DNA of 61,179 nt, the filler included, from Basidiobolus ranarum (Eukaryota): NCBI GenBank assembly GCA_040143965.1. It is 8 parts of 8 records of this genome, joined end to end, with 100 filler letters (N's around TTAATTAATTAA, not from the genome) between each part and the next. Parts side by side here need not be neighbours in the genome. Positions count along the whole stretch, not along the records: positions 53,640 to 61,179 come from JASJQH010007981.1; 7 more parts are not named here. The stretch is one strand, 5' to 3'. Each line of letters starts with the position of its first letter. Position 1 is the first letter of the stretch. Both the position numbers and the translations under genes were made by a program. Of the stretch, positions 53,640 to 61,179 are shown one piece after another. The notes beneath the pieces were generated by a model, which worked only from the letters and a program-made list of their open reading frames with translations, did no database searches and was not told the origin of the DNA.

Positions 53640-56600
53640 ATGACGCCTGACATAGCTACTAAAACTCGACAACGCTTTATCGAGATCAAAAAGATAAGGC
53701 ACTTGAGGTGGCTTAAAGAATGTCTCGGGAGATTGCATAGCTTGCACTTTATGGCTCGGGGGACATACTTTCTCTGTGGCAATATAATCGATATAATCCA
53801 TAAACTTGGTCGAATTTTGACCAACGAATTCGTTCATCTGTGCCATGTATGGCTCTTTAGAATTGAAGTCTGTCAAATTGGCTAGAGATTGAGTGGTTTT
53901 TGCCAACAGAGTTAACGTGCGACGAGTGCGAGCATCCGGTTGCTCTTTGACAAGTTGGAATTGCTTAGGATTAAGTAGAGCTGGGCAAAACAGACGAAAA
54001 AAAATGAACCCGCTCACGCATGTATACCGCACTGACTGAGCCTTCTCCGTTTACTTTTCTTGTTTTATACCTCTAAGCCCATAAAATAACACACACAACT
54101 CCCTGACAAGCCAAGATTAAGAGTTAATTTGAGAACTTGTAGGACTAAGCAAATATTCGACGTACCTGGGGCATTTGGCTTGGGTTTTTTCAATGCCTTT
54201 CCATAACATTTTTGTGTACCCGATTAGAATTCTCCAATGGGCACGGATATCCTCATTACGATCTAGTTTTAACTCATCAACCTATTGATAACGATGGAGT
54301 AAACTATCAAGTGAGAAGAGAATAAGCATAAAACTAGCATCGTACCTCAACATATACTTTGTTTTCACAGATAGATCTAACAATATCTCCTATAGCCTCA
54401 TCAACATACTGAAGACCAATTAGCTTCATATAGCCGTCAATGGCTTTAGTAAGAATAGAATTTCCTCTAAAAAGAATATTGGCATCATCTAAGAGAAAAA
54501 AGATCAATATACTGTAGAAGAGTTCATTCTGAATATTCATGAACTTTCTGTACCAGTTGCTTCTACTTCGTTGCGAGCAAGAAACAGAAGCCACTCCATT
54601 GCCATATTCTTGGCCGCATAAATTCGCATCATGTTCTCAGCAAACCACTCCAGATTCTTCGAGACATTTACCAAGTCAAAGATTAGTCGAGATTCAACAT
54701 CCAAGAGAAGCTTATTATTTTACAAGCACGATGATCAATTAGTAAATGGCTTCGATATTCAGAATGAGAGTGAATATGAGGCTTACTTTTAGTAGATCGC
54801 CGTAGCTTGACGAGGGGAGTACAACAACTTCATCATACTTGAAACGCAAACGAAGCTCTCCAACCATTTCAGCGGGATATCCAGATATTTTAGATTCATA
54901 CATAACAGGATACCACCCCTCGAACTCCTCGTCTTGTCGAATGACAGATATCGGCAGATGTACTTTCCCTAATCAACATAATAGTATGTATAAGAAATCA
55001 TTGTACAGTATAGATCATCCTTATTTTCATATTCCAACCTATATTTGAATCCTTATGAATGCGATTTTTGTTCATCACAACAACCGTAGCGCCATCTCGT
55101 AGAGCAGGAAGGTCTCTAATATAATGATGAGATGAGAGTACAAAGCAATATGTAAGGCAGAAAAGGAACATACGTGAAAAGGAAATCTTCAACCCAAATG
55201 GGATTCAAAACTCGGTATTTCGTACTTGTTTTTCCTCTGCGTTCGCCATCTAATTCGATGTAACAATACGGATCGGCGTGACCAAATCCACGGCCTTCTA
55301 TGACACTAATCAAACACGCACGATCTAAACGGTAGCAAAAGTGTGGAGGCTCAGAATGACCCAACACTTCTGGTTGAGCAAAAGTTTTAAGTATGGAAAC
55401 CCATTCGTTTCGTTCACTCAACCCTTCAGTCATAAAAAAATATGCTCGCTGCTTAGATTTCAGTACAAAGCAGCATTTCTTTTTCAGGGCCGATTCATCT
55501 ATTAGGCTGATTTGATTTCGCTGAAGTTCTTTGATTTTGATATTTTCAATAACAGTTTTATCCTAAACGAAAATAAGAGAGCAATAAGAAATATATTACA
55601 ACACATTGTGGCATTCATATTAGTATTTTACATGTTCATCGAATTGATAAAGAGTCCCGTTAGATCGGATGATAAGCACGATTCGACGCCAGGTAGCGGG
55701 AAGCGATAGGGGGTCTTTGATGTGGAGTGCATTTTTTGAGTTCTTTACCTCTAAAGAGAAATATCGAATAAATACTTTAATCACAATGATTGTTCAACCA
55801 AAATTTTACCTCGAACATACACGCTTGAAGACTTGACAAGTTCTGATCCTCCCTTATAAAGATAGTAGTGAATTAATATTTTGTTCAAATGACTCTCCGT
55901 AAATGGGTCATAACACTGGTACTTTACACTGGTGACATCGAATTCTTTATTATAGTTTATGCTATGGACATGCGGAACACGTAGGGCAGTCACCCACTCC
56001 ATCATATCCAGCTCAGTTTCGGCTTGGAAGTAGTATTTTCTTTGAAATGGTGTTAGAGTATGGCTTGCATAATTATCCTCAACATAAAATGAACTTACGA
56101 GACAGGAGGAGTGCTAATTTCAAAGGCGTATGATCTTCCATCACAGTCAGTCTCGTAAACCGAAGAGGCGTGTAGATCAACTACAATAGGTTGATCCTAG
56201 AAATGAATTGACATTAGATTAAATAGTCAAGTATTGCAACAATTACCCTTACCGAGGAATTTGTACACTGAATGAAGAGGCCCTCGGGCATCTGGATTCG
56301 AAACCAGTGTCTACTCGAAGTAACGATTAACTACAAATAACGATCACATATCAAAAAGCATTGACAGCCAACCTATTCCATCCTCCTCTAGTGTTTGCTT
56401 TTCGAAGTAATAAATAACCCGATTTCCCGTTGTTTACCATTAAATCCGAGTCTATTGATAAATCAGAGACCTGGGTAGCAATAGAGACCTCATCATATTC
56501 TTCTACCCCGAGGGCTTGCCTATATTTCGTCAAGTGTGGCTGACAATAAGATTTGTGGTAGCGAACATGCTAGCCACTTGATATCGAGTACCACTTGCAA

Positions 56601-57813
56601 CTTTTTCAAACATTATAAATACCTCAATATGCTCTAGAAGAGTATGATCATCTTGTAAATCCTGTATATTCTCGATCGTACGATCCTGTAGTCAAGTTAG
56701 TACAATCCCGATAATTCAATATTCATCCCATTTACGTACTTCATCGATGCTCTCTAGTGCTTGCGCAACAACAGGTTTAGCGTTGTTGACTAAAAGTTGG
56801 TGATTACCGAGTAAAGTCGACATTATTTCAAGAAACGAGTTCATCTAATGTATCCAGGATTAATGATACCGATAAACAATCTCAAGGTTATGAAAAGAAC
56901 AGTAGATATTTTAGCATACCTTATTTAATACAAATGACCCTCTAATAAGTGGTAACTCGTTCAACATGTTAGCATAACTCAATGAATGTCTGCATGATTT
57001 TAATTTCATACTATATAAATAGTTTGTAAACTTAAGAAAGAGTTAGTGACAGCCTTTAGTAGATTATTTTGGCATAGATTACTTCATCCTTTCGCTGGTT
57101 CTTCAGGTGCGGAAGGCTAGAATATTTGTGTATCATGGATTCATAATCCTCGGCCGAATTTAAAAACTGTCGCCTCGCCTCCTATAATCCAAGGCAAATT
57201 AGTACAATTTTCTGGTATTCACAAGACCAAAGAAACTCTGAAATACTGTGAGCATCTGTGAAGAGGATTTCTGAAACTGAAGGAGAGGTTCTTCATTGAA
57301 GGTACAAAACAAGACACTATTAATACTCGGTCAAGTATGTCGAAGAATAAAGTTACTAACCAATTAGGCCGTTCTCTAAGTCCCCGACAAAACTACTCTC
57401 GAAAGTAAGAAAAGATTCCCTTAATTTGGCTCCGGAATCCTCTGTTTTATATAAATGGTTAGAAAGCTTGGACAAATGAGGACAACATTAAGTAAAATAG
57501 TACCGAAATATTTTGAATCAGGGAAAGAGGTGAAAGCCCTAGTTGTCAAGTCTTGTAAAAGGTTATCTGTTGCTTCGTTCAACCCTTTATGGAGTGAAAA
57601 TACAACCAATAGTTTAGCATGATAACATACAATAGAAAAGTCGAGTAGCTTCTCAATACCTGCTAAAGCTTCCACAAAGTGCCTTGCTCTTTCCGCCCAT
57701 ACAGTCAGAGTACTCTCGAAAGCCTCAGCTGATTTGTGTGCAGTCAACAATTTTGCACGATACTGGGGACTATCTTGAAAAGCGTCTTCCAAGTTGAGGT
57801 GAACCGTTGTCAT
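53640..57813 (-). CDS. BAR-PH-PH-C2-RasGAP multidomain protein (multi-exon, 3' truncated)
   Basis: DSPQYRAKL (BAR start); KSGYLLLRK..GGWNR and YFQAETELDMMEWVTAL (PH); ERNEWVSIL (second PH-like end); ISVIEGRG..DPYCYIELDG..KT..LNPIWVEDF (C2); LFRGNSILTKA and GFIFFRLFCPALLNPK..RTLTLLAK (RasGAP). Confidence 0.85.
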
Positions 57814-59705
57814 GTTTAATGGATATTACAATATCTGACTTCTGAGGCGTATTGCATAAAATGAGAAATCGCTATGCTTTTCAATTAAGGTTGAATAGTG
57901 TTATTGAAGTACAGAAAATTGACTGTAATCAGAGCGCATATACTAACGGATGATCTGGCTAAGTCTATTAAGCTTGGAGAAAAAGGTTTTATCTAATTGG
58001 AAATTGCTCGAACAGGTGTTTAGTTGCAACTTTATAGGATTATTCACTAGATCAATATATTACTAATGGCAAGTAATTCGATTCATTTATGCCACAACTG
58101 CAGGAATAGGCTGGACCTTCCTGTTTGCAGACAATTGGCTCGTCTACTAAACTTGTACCGAGAGTGTGAGGTACAAGGTTGAAACAAGCAGTGCTGTATA
58201 TATCGATCACTCTATCGAGTTAAAAACTTCAGCCAGTCTTAAGGAAGTTTGAAATCAAAAGTTAATAATGTATTACTTCTACGAACCTTGATACTACCAG
58301 GATCAGTAAGTCAATGGTCTAGGCCTGTAAGTTAAGGAATTTAGTGTTACCCAATCTTGATTTTAACCAGCCAAATTATCTATTTGACTCTCAACAGGAC
58401 TTGGAAAGCTTAGCAACAGACGCCCTAATGTGGCATTTCTGAGACAACTCTTGTCACTTGGTTCCACACGAAAATTTCTTATGTAAATTGATTGTGTAGA
58501 TTATGCGCTACTAGGCTTGAATGCATGATAATCATTGCCAAGTATTCTCGAAACTATTGCCAACTTGGTATTTCCCACTCAGTGTATCTCTATTCCAAAC
58601 TTCTGCAGGATCGATCGATGTGTTATCTCCAGGATGGCAGATGGTTCGCTCAGTCTGCAAGGAAGGTGCACACGTCTATGGGCCGTACTAGAAAAGATCA
58701 CCATTAACAGAGATCTCTCTAAGCTGGATTCTAAAGGTGGAGAAGTATCAGCAGAGGACGTCGAGGGGATGTAATAGCAATCTCTAGGCGTCTTTGCTTA
58801 GCTAGCCATGAACAGATAACTACACACATGTGGCTGGTTCATGTGAATCGTGTAGTGAGGTTTTGGACATAACTCAGGTCGTTGGCGTACCATGATAATG
58901 GTCCATATTTAGATGTGTAGCTTCCAATCGGAAATTATCATCTCCATGTGGCCCTATATTAGGTACGTCAGGAACAATCTTGATTCCTTAGTCGTTTATG
59001 TTTTGGCACGATTTGCATTTGTATTTAACGTTCGTGATGTATCGAATTCTCTTTTGGAAAGTTGAGCAAAGGTACATTTGGTCGCAAGCTGGGGAAGTTA
59101 GCCTTTTGAGTTGGATGAAATTCGACACGGAGTTATTTCACATGCTTAATTATGGAAATGTTCTGTGTGTGCGAATTATTGTAGATATATAACTAGTCTT
59201 CCAAATTGGGATCTATCAACTACGTTCTAGATCTAGTTTGATTTATACTTTATACGCAAAGTGATATTTTACCTCCGATCAATGTAACTTGTAAGAAACT
59301 TGACTTCAAAGGTCTATGTGGTGGACACAGGAGATAAAGCCTTTCCGATGTAATCTGGCTTGTTTACAATTTAAAGATAAGGTGTTCATATAAACTTGTA
59401 TGGTAAATAATCACGTGCTGCTACTAGTAATGCTCACACATACATATTCCATACCATCCTAATAATGCTCCAATTGGACTAGCAGTAAACCCAACTAGAT
59501 GGAGAGTGGAAAGTAGCCTTTCATAAACATAAGCTGGCCTCTTCAGAGGAAGAGTGAATCTTGCACCTATTCTTAAGTAATATATGATTTATCGCTTTGC
59601 TGATTGATATTGTTAGTAATATTACCCCTTTATTTATCCAGAACGCAATTAATAGATGTATTCTGTTAGGATACCAACATTTATTAATGTACTTATGTAA
59701 GTCAA

Positions 59706-60461
59706 TTATTTTTTGACCTTTTGGGCTTCTTCTTCAGCCTTGAGTTGAGCACGCTTCTGACGAATGCCACGATAACGTTCCTCAGAGCGGGTATTACGAA
59801 GAGTAGCATAGGCGCTAGTGCTCTTCTCTTCCTCAGTGACCTTACGAGCCTTTTCCTTTTGATAGACTTGAGTAACTGGCATTATGGCACCAGCAAGTTG
59901 CTTAGCTTCAACAAGATCGGCAGCCTAGGCGTTCCAAGTTAGAATAAAAATCTTTCATAATTTCAGCTAAAAGGTATCATACTTCACTGTCACCCTTCTT
60001 AGGCTTACCAGTCTTCTTGGGGAAGACGATAAGTTTGACCTTATAAGCCTTGAGACGTTGGACATTTAAGTTCAAAGACTCTTCAGACTTGTTACGACGA
60101 CGATGATCAAGGGAGATACCAATGGTAAGAGCTTCCTTGCGTCTTATACCAGCTTCCTACAAGAAACATCATATGATTAAAGTCGACTCGATGATATCTA
60201 TGCCCTTTAATAGCTTCGTACCTTAAGTTCTTCCAAAGTAAAACCCTTGCCACTTCTCAACTTGGTGTTATACTTGATGGTAGGGCATCTTACAGCAGGT
60301 CTAAGAAGACCGTCGATAGGGCGTGGGGCAATAGCGGCAGCCTTTTGAACACGATTAAGTCTTCTACGCTTCTTGCGACCAGCTTGATCGAACCAGGTCT
60401 TGACACGCAATTGCCAGTCTTTGCGGAAGTGATTGTTTGGCAACTGATTGTTGTGCTTCAT
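59706..60461 (-). CDS. RPL13: 60S ribosomal protein eL13 (two internal introns; a tiny upstream exon is possible)
   Basis: [64 protein letters not shown]. Confidence 0.95.
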
Positions 60462-60890
60462 TATCTAAATGATAAAAGTTAAGGGATAACCATGGTATTA
60501 TGTTGATATGCTACTCAAACAACGGAAATAAAGATGGATGTAGACTCGACGCAAAAGGATACGGTTTTATTCTATCGACCAGGACCTGAAGGAAAGAGAA
60601 AGATGTTTGTGACCGTTTGAAATTATTTATAAGTTAATCATGAAATTTTACTAAGATTCTCCTAAATCGAACTAGATTCTATGCTAAATTTAAGTCGATT
60701 TCGTCCAGGTACTGTCACTCAATTGTTGGAATCAGCGTATCTGGTAAGATAAAATGTGTTGGACTAACTGGATATTAGATTCGATGAAATATAGAATATA
60801 AACAAGTTTATTTGGCGCTTGTACGTTGTAGAAGCAAAATGTGACATATCGTTGAAGTTATGTCTGTCCAATGTGTGAACAAAACACAGT

Positions 60891-61179
60891 TTAACGATAA
60901 GATTTTTGGTATCTGGCACGGGCGCCGGGACCGCCGAATTTCTTGGGTTCGCAGCGTCTGGGATCAGCAACAAGTAAGGTTCTGTCGTAAGCGATAAGCT
61001 TCTCTTTGATTTCCTTCTTGGAAGCCTCATCAACGAACTTTTGATAGAAAGCGACAATGGCCTTGGCGATGGCTTGACGGATAGCATAGATTTGGGAAGT
61101 ATGACCACCACCACGAACGCGCACTCTAATATCAACATTGGCGAATTTATCTTCACCAAGGATAAGGATTGGCTCGTAA
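60891..61179 (-). CDS. RPS16: 40S ribosomal protein uS9/S16, 3' part
   Basis: [54 protein letters not shown]. Confidence 0.96.
   Translation of the reverse strand, partial: YEPILILGEDKFANVDIRVRVRGGGHTSQIYAIRQAIAKAIVAFYQKFVDEASKKEIKEKLIAYDRTLLVADPRRCEPKKFGGPGARARYQKSYR

Noticed and set aside
58492-59192. Short ORFs between the RasGAP gene and RPL13
   Set aside because: Non-ATG starts and no recognisable similarity; treated as intergenic.

Overview
Eukaryotic, AT-rich genomic DNA with short introns, most likely from an early-diverging fungus (Zoopagomycota/Mucoromycota; Basidiobolus-like is an inference). The window is not contiguous. It joins eight pieces of steadily decreasing length (7578, 7576, 7569, 7567, 7556, 7548, 7545, 7540 bp) with identical 100-bp N/TTAATTAATTAA linkers, i.e. 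size-sorted unplaced contigs, so adjacency across linkers means nothing. Housekeeping content: ATG2, POL12, TRM1, GUCD1-like, Sec1, PH-FYVE, GUT2, PLC, scramblase/AIM25, guanine deaminase, a BAR-PH-C2-RasGAP, RPL13, RPS16 and tRNA-Arg(CCG), plus decayed Ty1/copia elements and a VTA1 pseudogene. The most notable items are an intronless class-I hyaluronan-synthase-like GT2 gene, an intact A-T-TE NRPS-like (alpha-keto-acid-dimerising type) gene, an intron-containing Fanzor (TnpB-derived RNA-guided nuclease) relic, a tail-to-tail copia palindrome, and strong CpG depletion confined to the retroelements.
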